Shown one piece after another: positions 34,625 through 44,398 of a DNA stretch of 52,344 nt (its first letter is position 1; every line of letters begins with the position of its first letter). The DNA is from Escherichia virus TH27. The DNA lies in sequence record MT446401.1. One strand, written 5' to 3'. The position numbers and the translations under genes were made by a program. A model generated the notes under the pieces. It searched no databases, had not been told where the DNA came from, and was given only the letters and a program-made list of their open reading frames with translations.

Positions 34625-36835
34625 TTACCAGTCTGAAAAGACTAAAAGTCCTCTCATTGAGTTCCTGTAAAAATCAACAGTTCCTGAACCAAGATTAAAC
34701 TGAATATAAAAAAGGTTATCCTTAGCATTAGCTGAAAGAGATCTTGTTGCTCCAAATTTATAAGGCGAACCAGATTCAATTGGTGTATTTGTCAATAAGT
34801 TACCATCATAACCAGAACTCGTGTATCCAGTATATAAGTTACCAGACAGTGAAGCACCTCCATTTGCGTTATTCATCTGAACCCAGGCACTAAAACCTGT
34901 CCTACATTTTATCGTCGTGGCAAAAATACTACCATCACGCTTAAAACATATACCAGACATATCAATACCCGCTTGAGATGTTGAATGATCTCCATCAGCA
35001 GCGCCACTAACAACCCTTGTCGGCCATGCATTATTTGCAATAAGACCATCAGATGTAAACCTGTCAACTGGCAAAGCTTTGTCTAAAATATCACCCAAAG
35101 GCCAATGCTTCTGATTTGCATTACCTCCAAAAAGGTATGCCTCAGTAACAAGTGGCTTGACGAATTTTTTATTTGCAAGCGACTTAATCAAATCCCTAAA
35201 CTCTTGTGTATTTCTCACATTTGTAGTTATCGATGTGTCGCCTGCACCATCCCATACAAAGGCACCAAACTCACCATTCCCAACCTGACCGAATATCTTG
35301 CTTGCGATTACAGTTTGCTGAGTTGTTCCAAATAAAACAGAGTTATCCCCAAAAGATGATACTACAGGTATAACCCTACTGCAGCCAGTCATTTTCATTA
35401 CGCCGCCATAATCAAGCCTCATCCCGATAAGATCTTGCTCTACAGCGTCACTAACACTTAAACCAGGTCTGTTTAATGAGTATGAATTACACAAAACAAT
35501 ATCGTAATCAGTGCTATAAATCTGCTTAAATGGACCGGTTCCAGGCGGTAGCTGATCAACCATACTAAGACTCTTGTCAGTGAGAGATCTAAGCTGTGAT
35601 ATCTTACTATTCTGATCTGCAACACTAATACCCCTGGCTCCCGGTTCGTCATATACAGAGTAACCTATAACAGCAGGATGATCTTTAGTTGCAGCCACGA
35701 ATGCGGCTAAATCATTTTTAGCAGCATCGCTTTCAGTTCCTAGATTAACACCAAGACCAGCAGTAAGAGCGTTATCAAGTAGCTTCTGAACCGTGCCATC
35801 AGAATCGATATTGCCATTGTTGGAAAAGTAACAGTAATGGTTAATGCAGTTAATGCCAAGTGACTTAATGTAAAGTAATTCTGATAAGTCATACGCAGAT
35901 TCAAGGTAAATCATCTTAATTTTATCTACATTAATATCCCCAGAATTGAAAGGTACTGGAACCGACCCTAACCCATTTAAACCGTATCTTATGGTGGATA
36001 TCCTTCCCGGACCTAAGATTTTCTGACCTTTGCTATTTATAATTCCACTAACAAGGTAGGTGCCAGATAAGAATACCTGATTTCCAGTATCTAAAGCACT
36101 CTGCAAGGATACCGTATCGTCTGACACTCCATCACCGATGGCTCCAAATGACTCAGGGTAAACAATTGACTTTGTTATCTTGCTGTCAACTTCAGTCTTT
36201 GAGTAGACGTCAAGGTTATTCCTTGCAAGTGGCTTGTCTGTTAAGTCGGACAGTGATAAGTCCTTTCTTAATAAGTTTTCAGTATCAAGTGATGCTGCAT
36301 AATCTGCCGCCTCCTGCGCTGAAGCTGCTGCCGAATCCTTGTCAGCGGATGCGCTAATTGCACTTGCTGCGGCGGAATTCTTATCCGCAGAAACTTGAGC
36401 AGCATCATTGGCAACTTGAGCGCCAATAGATACAACATCGCCATGCTGCGTATTTACCTGGGTAACTTTTGATTCAAAATCATTAACATCAAAGTTATTA
36501 AATGCATCAACTGCATCAGCAACCTCAGTTTCACTTGACTGATAGTAACGAAGAGTCTCAGCGACGTCCTGAGCCAGACCTTGAACTGTAATCCCGTCAT
36601 GAGCCAGGATGAAATACTGAGTGCCTGCCGGAGCTATAAATCCCTTATCGTTAAATGCGCGGATGCTTGTGTCACTCAAGATCTCAGCGATTGTCACGAT
36701 GCTAATCGGTGATGTATTGAAAATCATCGTTGCACCAACGCGAATGAGCGTTAGTGGTTGTCGCCATGTTGTTCCAACACCAGTAACTGTACCATCTGCC
36801 GATAAAGAGGCAGTTCCTGCATCATAAATAGCCAT
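34625..36835 (-). CDS. Tail fiber / tailspike protein (736 aa)
   Basis: N-terminal Ala/Ser-rich repeats (SADKNSAAASAISASADKDSAAASA); large C-terminal domain; AT-rich. Confidence 0.75.
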   Translation of the reverse strand: MAIYDAGTASLSADGTVTGVGTTWRQPLTLIRVGATMIFNTSPISIVTIAEILSDTSIRAFNDKGFIAPAGTQYFILAHDGITVQGLAQDVAETLRYYQSSETEVADAVDAFNNFDVNDFESKVTQVNTQHGDVVSIGAQVANDAAQVSADKNSAAASAISASADKDSAAASAQEAADYAASLDTENLLRKDLSLSDLTDKPLARNNLDVYSKTEVDSKITKSIVYPESFGAIGDGVSDDTVSLQSALDTGNQVFLSGTYLVSGIINSKGQKILGPGRISTIRYGLNGLGSVPVPFNSGDINVDKIKMIYLESAYDLSELLYIKSLGINCINHYCYFSNNGNIDSDGTVQKLLDNALTAGLGVNLGTESDAAKNDLAAFVAATKDHPAVIGYSVYDEPGARGISVADQNSKISQLRSLTDKSLSMVDQLPPGTGPFKQIYSTDYDIVLCNSYSLNRPGLSVSDAVEQDLIGMRLDYGGVMKMTGCSRVIPVVSSFGDNSVLFGTTQQTVIASKIFGQVGNGEFGAFVWDGAGDTSITTNVRNTQEFRDLIKSLANKKFVKPLVTEAYLFGGNANQKHWPLGDILDKALPVDRFTSDGLIANNAWPTRVVSGAADGDHSTSQAGIDMSGICFKRDGSIFATTIKCRTGFSAWVQMNNANGGASLSGNLYTGYTSSGYDGNLLTNTPIESGSPYKFGATRSLSANAKDNLFYIQFNLGSGTVDFYRNSMRGLLVFSDW

Positions 36836-36860
36836 AATTGTAAATCCCTAATTTAGTTGA

Positions 36861-36889
36861 TAGCACGATTTGCTAAATGCAGTATACCA
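36861..36889 (-). promoter_or_regulatory. Palindromic box with adjacent TG-g-TATACT (- strand), upstream of tail fiber gene
   Basis: Box 36861..36877; -10-like complement at 36881..36889; here the box lies between -10 and gene. Confidence 0.4.
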
Positions 36890-36900
36890 TCTTTCTGGCA

Positions 36901-36923
36901 TAAAAAAACCCGCCGAAGCGGGT
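36901..36923 (-). terminator. Rho-independent terminator (- strand) after primase gene
   Basis: acccgc-ttcg-gcgggt with T7 on - strand. Confidence 0.7.
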
Positions 36924-36928
36924 AATTG

Positions 36929-37873
36929 TTATGAATACTTATCTATCAGATCCTGAGGCGTATATAGCTTTCTTTCAAGGCCCATTCTGAAGTTCCCTCC
37001 GTTCGGCACAACCACTTTTAAATCTCGCTCGTCAGCCATGTAAAGCGCTCGCAAATCATCTGCCAGACACGCTACTCGTAACTCCCGATCGCCACGATAC
37101 CGATAAGCAACAATCTCAAGATTCTCAGGGGAGAAAGTCACCCACACTTCCTGATTGGTTGCCATCTTCACGCGGTAGCCATCAATAAGATCGCTTGTCA
37201 TATATATGGCCGCATCGGCCTCGCCACTCCCAAGCTTAACAACTGAGCCGCGAGAATAATCGCGAGCAAGGAAAGTGTATTCGCCATTATCATAAGCAAA
37301 CATGACGTTACACATATCCTCATCAATTCCGTCAGGGTGGACCATGTAGCACGGCAGTGCGTGTATTAGCTCCTCAGTGCCATTCTGGCGCATTTTTACG
37401 CCAACGTCATATGAATCTTCGGTTAAGCACTCATACACGCTTAAATCGGTGTTCTCGCGCTTTTCTGTGCGCTCCATTACTGCTACGCACGACTCATGAT
37501 CCGCCATCTTGCCAAGTCCTTTTTCCGGTACGCGCGACGCCCTGCGGTAAGCTTTAGCTTTGTAATCCTGCGGAACTTTGCCAAGGAATCGACCAAGGAT
37601 GTTAATCACTTCACTGTAAGGCTCACCAGTCAGCTTCATCATCCAGCCAACGCCCTTGTCGTTCCCACAACCGTTACATATAGCGCCACCATCACCTGGG
37701 GAGTCGAGTTCGTCAGTCCAACGGAATCGGTCCTTGCCGCCACAGTAAGGGCATGGCTGGTGCTTTTTATTGAACACGCCGGACTGCAATCCACAAATGG
37801 ATTGTAACGCCTCACGCCATAATCCTTTCATATACGGCAGTACTTCTTCTTTCTGGTAATTAGGTTCGTTCAC
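36929..37873 (-). CDS. DNA primase-like protein (314 aa) with N-terminal zinc ribbon
   Basis: CPYCGG...(19)...CNGCG zinc-binding motif; position in replication module beside helicase. Confidence 0.6.
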   Translation of the reverse strand: MNEPNYQKEEVLPYMKGLWREALQSICGLQSGVFNKKHQPCPYCGGKDRFRWTDELDSPGDGGAICNGCGNDKGVGWMMKLTGEPYSEVINILGRFLGKVPQDYKAKAYRRASRVPEKGLGKMADHESCVAVMERTEKRENTDLSVYECLTEDSYDVGVKMRQNGTEELIHALPCYMVHPDGIDEDMCNVMFAYDNGEYTFLARDYSRGSVVKLGSGEADAAIYMTSDLIDGYRVKMATNQEVWVTFSPENLEIVAYRYRGDRELRVACLADDLRALYMADERDLKVVVPNGGNFRMGLERKLYTPQDLIDKYS

Positions 37874-37925
37874 TGCTTTAACTCCAATAAAAAAGGTTGC
37901 ACCAATTATGGCACAACCTTGATTG

Positions 37926-38399
37926 TCATTCTTTAGCTTTTCGTGCTGCTTCGTTTGCTGCTTTAATTTTTCGCCACGATCGACACTCTGGCTTTGTGGC
38001 TAGTTCAGCCTCAGTGACCACGCGCAGCATGTGACGCTTTTTGCACCGCAGAGTAAGTGGCTTACCGTTCCCGTCGAATTGCAGATCCGGTCGGCAGAAT
38101 GTAGCGCGGAACCCTTCGCCAGTTCGCTTATATCGGTTGTGCGCCAGTTGAGCGCCGCGCGCCGACATCATTCCACGCTTAAACCATTCCTCAACTGCCT
38201 GACGAGTAACCTTTAATTGTTTTGCCATGTTCGCCTTGCTGCCGTAGAACTCAAATACAATATCAAGTCGCGCTCTTAATCCGGCCTTTACTTCATCCTT
38301 TAGAACATAGTAACCTGACGGTCGCTTACGCTGCTTCTTATCTTCTGTGCGGATAGTTCCGTTGTTACCGTTAAGAGTACGCTTATCAGTTGCATTCAT
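37926..38399 (-). CDS. HTH DNA-binding protein (157 aa), candidate transcription regulator
   Basis: Helix-turn-helix-like segment ANMAKQLKVTRQAVEEWFKRG; basic; divergent from helicase promoter. Confidence 0.65.
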   Translation of the reverse strand: MNATDKRTLNGNNGTIRTEDKKQRKRPSGYYVLKDEVKAGLRARLDIVFEFYGSKANMAKQLKVTRQAVEEWFKRGMMSARGAQLAHNRYKRTGEGFRATFCRPDLQFDGNGKPLTLRCKKRHMLRVVTEAELATKPECRSWRKIKAANEAARKAKE

Positions 38400-38412
38400 T
38401 TTATCACCTCAA

Positions 38413-38454
38413 TAGCACTTTTTGTTAAACATTGGTTTCGATGGTTGCTATTAT
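38413..38454 (+). promoter_or_regulatory. Palindromic box plus TG-c-TATTAT in divergent promoter region
   Basis: Box 38413..38429; hexamer 38449..38454. Confidence 0.5.
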
Positions 38455-38491
38455 AACGTCAATCGAACGAACATGAAAGGCATTTAATACT

Positions 38492-40594
38492 ATGGCTATG
38501 CGCATTAAATCCATTAAAAAACAGATAGAAGAACTTGGCCCGCAGAAGATCAAAGAGATTCAGGATAAATTCACGTTCGGTGACATGGTTCCTTATGAAT
38601 ATCAATGCGTGATGTATGATGAGATCGGAAAGCGCATTGCTCGTTATAAGCACCCATTCATCGTCAAGGCGTCGGTGTCGGCAGGTAAAACAATCGGCTT
38701 TGCCATGATCGCATCTCGCGTAAAAGAGATGGGCCTTTCGATGATGATACTGGCGCGCCAGGGCGACATTGTTGCTCAGGATAGTGAAGAAATCTCAAAC
38801 TTCGGCGTTCCTAACTCAGTTTATTGCGCTGGCCTGAACACGAAATCAGCTTACTTTCCCATCGTTGTAGGCTCGGAGGGTTCGGTTGCAAACGGTCTGT
38901 TTAAGGCGCTTGGTGATTTTACACCTATGGTGCTGGGAATTGATGAATGTCACCAGGTGGATTGGGAAGACCTTGCCGCCGCCATCGACAACGAAGAAAC
39001 GATCGAGATGATGCTCACTGAAAAAGATGAACGTGTGTTCGTTGACTACCCGAAAAACAGCGAAGGTTATGTCAATGGATACCTTGATGGTGTAGAGGTT
39101 GGCGTCCAAGTGATGGATAAGCAATTGCTGATAAGCAGGAAGACTGGCGAACCTGTTCTTGGCACCAAGCGAAGCCAGTACACGATAATCATCACTGAAT
39201 TGATGCGCCGATGCAAAGAGAAGAACGGGAAGGAATTGCGCATCTTCGGCATGACTGGTTCTGAGTTCCGAGGTACGGCCCCGATTGTTGTCGATAATCC
39301 TAAGTTGCCTGGATTCTGGCGTGAGCAGGTGACTAATATCGACACCAGCTACCTGATTGAGTTCGGCTCTGTTGTTCCAACCATCTTCGGAAGTGTCGGT
39401 GACGCTGGATATGATCTGGATGAGTTTAAGGCGTCCAGCCAGGATGGAACGGCAGACTTCGGTCAGAAAGAAATGAAGGCGATGGAGAAGAAAATCCATG
39501 ATAACGCCAGCATGACCAAGCGAATAATGGAGATGGTTGTCGAAGAAGCGAAGAAGCGAAACGGCGTACTGATTACGTGTTCAGGCCAGCGCCACTGCAA
39601 AGAGGCAGCGAGCTACCTTCCACCTGACGCAACCTATGAGATAATCACGGAGAAGACGAACACCAAAAAGCGACAAGCGATACTGGAGGCGGCGAACCGT
39701 GGCGAGATAAAATACATATTCCAGGTTGTGGCGCTAACCACTGGCGTTAACGTTCCGTTTTGGGATTTCTCTGTAATACTTCGCAAAATAGGATCGCTTA
39801 CACTGCTAATACAGTTACTTGGTCGTGGTATGCGATTGCTTAAGCCGTGGCAAAAAGCGATGGGAATGGTGAAAGAAGATCACCTGGTGTGGGATTTCGC
39901 TGGCACGATGGATGAGCTTGGTCAGCTTTACTTTGATCCGATTCTTGAAGAGGCTCAGTACCAGCGTCGCTTTGATGGCAAGAAAGAGCCGAAAAAATGC
40001 GAACTGTGCGGAACAGAGAACAGCTTTTACGCTCGCCGCTGCATTCATAAGGACGAGAGCGGCAATCGTTGTGAGTATTTCTGGAAGTCTCGCGTATGCG
40101 AAGACCAGGTTGATGATCGCACTGGCGAGGTGCTCGTTAAAGGATGTGGCGCTGAAAATGACGTAGTGGCTAGAATATGCCGTTGCTGCGACGTAAGCCT
40201 GAAAGATCCCAATGACAATCTGACTGGTAAGGCTTACACCAAAAACGACTGGTGCACAGTTAACAGTTTTGAAGTCACTCTGACACGTAATCAGACTGGC
40301 ATTCTTTATCGGTACGACCTGACAGACTCGGTGGGAGTTAACTTCATCGCTTATGAAAAGTTCTTCCCGCAGTCAACGGCACAGGTATGCCACACGATAT
40401 GGAAACAAAAAGGGGTATTACCTCACGTGCATGACAGTAAGATCGCAAAATTAATGGCGGCTTACAGAAGTGCCAAAATGATTTTAAACAACGCTCACCA
40501 CATAGCACATCCGGTGCGGGTAACTCACCGCAAGAATGCAAAAGGTGAGGATATTATCTCACGTAAGGATTTTGGATTGGACGGTAACTTATGA
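38492..40594 (+). CDS. SF2-type DNA helicase (700 aa) with C-terminal Cys-rich zinc-finger region
   Basis: Walker A SAGKT, DEAH-like GIDECHQ motif; C-terminal CxxC clusters. Confidence 0.8.
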   Translation: MAMRIKSIKKQIEELGPQKIKEIQDKFTFGDMVPYEYQCVMYDEIGKRIARYKHPFIVKASVSAGKTIGFAMIASRVKEMGLSMMILARQGDIVAQDSEEISNFGVPNSVYCAGLNTKSAYFPIVVGSEGSVANGLFKALGDFTPMVLGIDECHQVDWEDLAAAIDNEETIEMMLTEKDERVFVDYPKNSEGYVNGYLDGVEVGVQVMDKQLLISRKTGEPVLGTKRSQYTIIITELMRRCKEKNGKELRIFGMTGSEFRGTAPIVVDNPKLPGFWREQVTNIDTSYLIEFGSVVPTIFGSVGDAGYDLDEFKASSQDGTADFGQKEMKAMEKKIHDNASMTKRIMEMVVEEAKKRNGVLITCSGQRHCKEAASYLPPDATYEIITEKTNTKKRQAILEAANRGEIKYIFQVVALTTGVNVPFWDFSVILRKIGSLTLLIQLLGRGMRLLKPWQKAMGMVKEDHLVWDFAGTMDELGQLYFDPILEEAQYQRRFDGKKEPKKCELCGTENSFYARRCIHKDESGNRCEYFWKSRVCEDQVDDRTGEVLVKGCGAENDVVARICRCCDVSLKDPNDNLTGKAYTKNDWCTVNSFEVTLTRNQTGILYRYDLTDSVGVNFIAYEKFFPQSTAQVCHTIWKQKGVLPHVHDSKIAKLMAAYRSAKMILNNAHHIAHPVRVTHRKNAKGEDIISRKDFGLDGNL

Positions 40595-41019
40595 TTACAG
40601 ACAAAGGCGACTACCTGGAGTATTACACTCCAGACAAATCGGATACATGGACCGAAAAAAAACACCAGGTCGATTGCGTGACCTGGACTAATGTAAATCA
40701 CTCTTACCTTCTGTTCTGGCACACCGTTAATGAGGGCAAGAAAACTATGCATTCGGCGCTGGTTGACGCTCAGAGCGGATTATTGAAGGGTGTTAGTGAC
40801 TTTGTATTCCTTCTCGGCCCGTTCGGTAAATATCCTTTCGGGGCCATAGAATTAAAGCGGGTGAATAAGAGTGGGAAAGGCAAAGCATCACCAGTCAGCA
40901 AGGAGCAGAAAGATTTCCTTCGTCGCGTCCGTGAGCGTGGCGGGTTCGCGGCGGTGGCGTACGGCCAGGAGGAATATAAGAAGGCCGTTGCAGACATGCT
41001 GAATAGCACGAATTGCTAA
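40591..41019 (+). CDS. VRR-NUC domain nuclease (142 aa)
   Basis: GVSDFVFL...GAIELKR matches VRR-NUC (PD-(D/E)xK) signature; ends in box-encoded STNC-stop. Confidence 0.7.
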   Translation: MITDKGDYLEYYTPDKSDTWTEKKHQVDCVTWTNVNHSYLLFWHTVNEGKKTMHSALVDAQSGLLKGVSDFVFLLGPFGKYPFGAIELKRVNKSGKGKASPVSKEQKDFLRRVRERGGFAAVAYGQEEYKKAVADMLNSTNC

Positions 41020-41046
41020 AGACGAATCGGTGAAGTGGTGTATTAT
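41004..41046 (+). promoter_or_regulatory. Palindromic box plus TATTAT in hairpin, followed by CATCGAAACGAA
   Basis: Box 41004..41020; hexamer 41041..41046 in gtgaagtg/cacttcat; leader 41052..41063. Confidence 0.5.
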
Positions 41047-41085
41047 CACTTCATCGAAACGAAGTAACAAACAAAGGAAATCAAA

Positions 41086-41358
41086 ATGAAAAAGTCAATC
41101 ATCGCTCTACTGGCAGTTGTGGCAATTGCAGGTTGTGCAGAAGATACCAAGTTTTACGATTGTGGCAAGGAATCCTTTACAGTAACCAAGTCGCAGATTG
41201 TTTCAGATAAGGGCGTTGTTATTGAGCGTGAAGGCGATCACTACGAACTTCAAACTTTCTTAGGGAAGGCGGTTTACAACGTGACTGAAAGTCAGGTTAA
41301 AGTTAGCGTCGGCGGGTTCGTCGCTGTAAACAACTGTAAAGTGACTGAGGTTAAATAA
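41086..41358 (+). CDS. Lipoprotein (90 aa)
   Basis: Signal peptide with lipobox IAGC; RBS AAAGGAAA. Confidence 0.7.
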   Translation: MKKSIIALLAVVAIAGCAEDTKFYDCGKESFTVTKSQIVSDKGVVIEREGDHYELQTFLGKAVYNVTESQVKVSVGGFVAVNNCKVTEVK

Positions 41359-41359
41359 C

Positions 41360-42088
41360 ATGATTGACTCAAACGACAAAGATACTCATGACGCATTCAT
41401 TAGCTTTGAGCAGATTGAGCGTGAAAACTTTGTTACCAATGCGCTTGTTCCTGGCAACGGTCATTACCAGGCGGTTAAGCCGGACACCTTCTATCAGGTA
41501 ACTGGAAATCGATACGCCGGAAGCAAGACGCCTGACGCTGTGCGTGACCTATGGGGAACAGACCGCGAAGTTATCTCATGGATGGAATCGCGTTATGGTA
41601 AGTATGACATTGACGCCGCCGCCAGCGCTAACAATGCTGTTTGCGAGAAGTTCTACAACGAGCAAGTGAACTGCCTCAAAATCTGGTGGGGTAGCAATAA
41701 GCACATCTGGCTTAATCCGCCGTACTCTCATCCAGATCCTTTTGTGAAGAAAGCGATTGAGCAAATGGAGCACAACAATCAGATTGATATGTTGCTTCCT
41801 GGTGATAACTCAACGGCATGGTTTGCAGAGGCTCGACGCAACTCGGCTGAAATAATCTGGATCGAGGCTGACATCACAGAGATTGACAGCCAGGAATATT
41901 GCCGGACGGGGCGACTGGCCTTCATATCTGGACTGACCGGAAAGCCCGTCGATGGCAACAATAAAGGTAGCGTGATTTTTGTCATGCGAAAACTGGAAGA
42001 AGGCGAGACGCAGAAAACTACATACGTTAGCGTCGCTGATATTTGCCCTGGCGTAAGCCGCAAGAAACCACGTAAACGGAGCGTTTAA
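41360..42088 (+). CDS. dam: DNA N6-adenine methyltransferase, Dam-like (242 aa)
   Basis: NPPYS catalytic motif (HIWLNPPYSHPD). Confidence 0.8.
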   Translation: MIDSNDKDTHDAFISFEQIERENFVTNALVPGNGHYQAVKPDTFYQVTGNRYAGSKTPDAVRDLWGTDREVISWMESRYGKYDIDAAASANNAVCEKFYNEQVNCLKIWWGSNKHIWLNPPYSHPDPFVKKAIEQMEHNNQIDMLLPGDNSTAWFAEARRNSAEIIWIEADITEIDSQEYCRTGRLAFISGLTGKPVDGNNKGSVIFVMRKLEEGETQKTTYVSVADICPGVSRKKPRKRSV

Positions 42089-42089
42089 G

Positions 42090-42320
42090 ATGAGCAGTGT
42101 ACAAATTAATTTAACCGACAAATGTCAGTATCTTTTATTCCGCGCCATCGTTTGTGAGGTGTTAACGAAGGCAGGGTTTAAGGGTGACGCCTGGGAGTTC
42201 TCAGATTTGGATATGTCATTCGAAGAAGTGCAGGATCAGCCTATTAACACATGGGCTAAAGCAATACGAAAGGATATGGAAGACTATAAGCGAGATTGCC
42301 CCGAAGATTTCGCAGAATAG
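42090..42320 (+). CDS. Small acidic protein (76 aa)
   Basis: ORF; stop TAG is first triplet of downstream box. Confidence 0.6.
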   Translation: MSSVQINLTDKCQYLLFRAIVCEVLTKAGFKGDAWEFSDLDMSFEEVQDQPINTWAKAIRKDMEDYKRDCPEDFAE

Positions 42321-42360
42321 CACTAATTGCTAAACATACCCGCCACCGCGCGGGTATACT
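42318..42360 (+). promoter_or_regulatory. Palindromic box TAGCACTAATTGCTAAA plus TATACT after hairpin
   Basis: Box 42318..42334; hairpin acccgc/gcgggt; hexamer 42355..42360. Confidence 0.5.
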
Positions 42361-42392
42361 TCCATCATACCAACTATAGACGAGGAATCACC

Positions 42393-42626
42393 ATGAAGAA
42401 GCAACCTTTTAGCACCTACAATCAGTCGGCATATCGTAATAATATTTTATTGCCGCACCTGCTTCGCCTGGCTAATGAGTGCGCAAGTGAAGCTCTGGCG
42501 CTTGGCAAAGATGGTGGGCTTGACGAAGTGATTGCCGTTACTTATCTCAAGGGCGCTTATGGTCACTTGCCGATCGCAGACTATCAAGCTATGTCAGGGA
42601 GCTTTGACATTTATGGTAACTGTTGA
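42393..42626 (+). CDS. Hypothetical protein (77 aa)
   Basis: Internal ATG of track ORF 42327..42626 with RBS GAGGAA; track start lies inside the box. Confidence 0.55.
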   Translation: MKKQPFSTYNQSAYRNNILLPHLLRLANECASEALALGKDGGLDEVIAVTYLKGAYGHLPIADYQAMSGSFDIYGNC

Positions 42627-42861
42627 GGTAGGTCGTCAGGCTGTTTGGAATCACTGCAAGGAGGCAGGAATAAGTGATGATATTGCTCTTATAGCCAAGT
42701 ATTTCGATATTAAAGATATATGCGTCATTTTCAACGGAAAGATGACGTATATACACGAAAGGCCGCGTAAGCTAATCAGGGTTCCGGCAACTCCGGTTAA
42801 GATTGACTACAAGGCTTGCATTCAAGCAACGAAAGACGCAGCGAGGCAGTACAAGAAATGA
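42613..42861 (+). CDS. Hypothetical protein (82 aa)
   Basis: Internal ATG of track ORF 42532..42861; overlaps upstream gene by 14 nt. Confidence 0.45.
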   Translation: MVTVEVGRQAVWNHCKEAGISDDIALIAKYFDIKDICVIFNGKMTYIHERPRKLIRVPATPVKIDYKACIQATKDAARQYKK

Positions 42862-43109
42862 ATTTACCAGGCCTTAATTTTGACGCTGACAAATATCCGA
42901 CTTGCAGCAATAACAATGAGACGTTCGCGATTATCCCTTTCGCTGACTGGTTGCCTTCTGACTTCGAAGATGTGCCATGTTCGCGCGGTGGCGGCTATCG
43001 CATGATGTATTTTAGCCCTTCAACTGGTATGATGGTTCCCAGCGAATCAGAGAGTGCAGGTGAAGCGGTTGAACCAGATACTTTAACAACATGGTTGAAA
43101 AAGATTTGA
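42858..43109 (+). CDS. Hypothetical acidic protein (83 aa)
   Basis: ATGA coupling to upstream gene. Confidence 0.5.
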   Translation: MNLPGLNFDADKYPTCSNNNETFAIIPFADWLPSDFEDVPCSRGGGYRMMYFSPSTGMMVPSESESAGEAVEPDTLTTWLKKI

Positions 43110-43180
43110 TGCTCTGCTTAATTCCTGTATTATTACCGCCGCTAATTGGTTTTATTATCATCTACTTACTAACACGATAA
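43109..43180 (+). CDS. Possible small hydrophobic peptide (23 aa)
   Basis: ATG overlapping upstream stop (TGATG); MLCLIPVLLPPLIGFIIIYLLTR; very short. Confidence 0.3.
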   Translation: MLCLIPVLLPPLIGFIIIYLLTR

Positions 43181-43192
43181 GGATTTACAAAA

Positions 43193-44326
43193 ATGGCTAT
43201 TCAAAAAATAAGTGACGAACAATTCATTGCTGAGCGCGAAGCTGGTAAGACACTTCGTCAAATCGCCCAAGAATATGGGATGAACCTGCGCACCGTAGAG
43301 CAACGCTCAAGTAACCTTGCTCGCAAAGGTCACGGGCATGGAAATAAAGCAGTCTCTAAATATGTTCCTGATGGCTTCATGGTTAAGGCGACTTCAACCA
43401 TGATTGACGCGGAAGGAAATGAGAAAATCCGCTGGATTAAGACCGATCAGGACAAGGAGCGTCAAGCTGAAATGATGCAAGCTGCAATCCAGGCCCTTAC
43501 TGATGAATTACCTCGCGAAAAGGCGAAGGAGCTTAAGGTTGGCAGTTATGAGAATACACTGTCACTTTATCCTGTTTTCGACTTACATATTGGGGCAATG
43601 GCTCACCATGCTGAGTGTGGAGAGAACTACAGCACCGAAATTGCTGAACGTATTCTTAATGACTACTTTGACTATGCTGTAGCTAAAGCGCCAAACTCAA
43701 AGAAAGCGGTATTGTTGATCGGTGGTGACTTCCTTCACTCTGACGGACTTGAGGCGGTGACACCAACAAGCAGGCACTGCCTTGACCAAGACAGTCGATA
43801 TCATAAACTTGTTTATGTTGCTGTAAGGGCAACACGCCGAGCAGTTAGTCGAATGCTAGATAAGCATGAAGATGTTGAGGTTCAGATTATACCTGGAAAC
43901 CACGACCTCTCAGGGATGATTTGGCTTCGAGCTGCAATGGCTGCGTTCTACATGGACGAGCCTCGAGTTAGTGTTGATGCGTCACCAGCTGCCCTTCACG
44001 TTACTAAGTTTGGTAAAACACTTCTTGGTTACTGTCATGGTCATGAGCTTAAAAAGCCAGAAACAAGACTGTCAACGTTGGCGCGAGATCATCGCAAGGC
44101 ATTTGGTGATGCCGAGTATGTTTACACACACAGCGGCCATTTCCACCACCAGACGGTTACTGAGGGAAACCTGGGCATTGATGAGTCGCACGGACAACTT
44201 GGTGCCAAGGATGCTTATAGCGCAAATGGAGGGTATCGCTCTTATCGTCAGGCATCTGTAATCATCTACTCACCAGATCACGGTGAGATTGGACGATTCA
44301 CCTGCAGACCTGAAATGTTTAAGTAA
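43193..44326 (+). CDS. Calcineurin-like metallophosphoesterase with N-terminal HTH (377 aa)
   Basis: DLHIG, GGDFLHSDG and GNHD motifs; N-terminal GKTLRQIAQEYGMNLRTVEQR HTH-like segment. Confidence 0.75.
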   Translation: MAIQKISDEQFIAEREAGKTLRQIAQEYGMNLRTVEQRSSNLARKGHGHGNKAVSKYVPDGFMVKATSTMIDAEGNEKIRWIKTDQDKERQAEMMQAAIQALTDELPREKAKELKVGSYENTLSLYPVFDLHIGAMAHHAECGENYSTEIAERILNDYFDYAVAKAPNSKKAVLLIGGDFLHSDGLEAVTPTSRHCLDQDSRYHKLVYVAVRATRRAVSRMLDKHEDVEVQIIPGNHDLSGMIWLRAAMAAFYMDEPRVSVDASPAALHVTKFGKTLLGYCHGHELKKPETRLSTLARDHRKAFGDAEYVYTHSGHFHHQTVTEGNLGIDESHGQLGAKDAYSANGGYRSYRQASVIIYSPDHGEIGRFTCRPEMFK

Positions 44327-44340
44327 TAGCATTTTATGAC

Positions 44341-44361
44341 AAAGCCCTTCGGGGCTTTTTT
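44341..44361 (+). terminator. Rho-independent terminator
   Basis: aaagcccc-ttcg-ggggcttttttt. Confidence 0.75.
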
Positions 44362-44398
44362 GATATATTAAATTTATCGAAACCAGGAGGTTAGAAAA

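Noticed and set aside
38846-39499. 217-aa - strand ORF
   Set aside because: Antisense inside the helicase gene.
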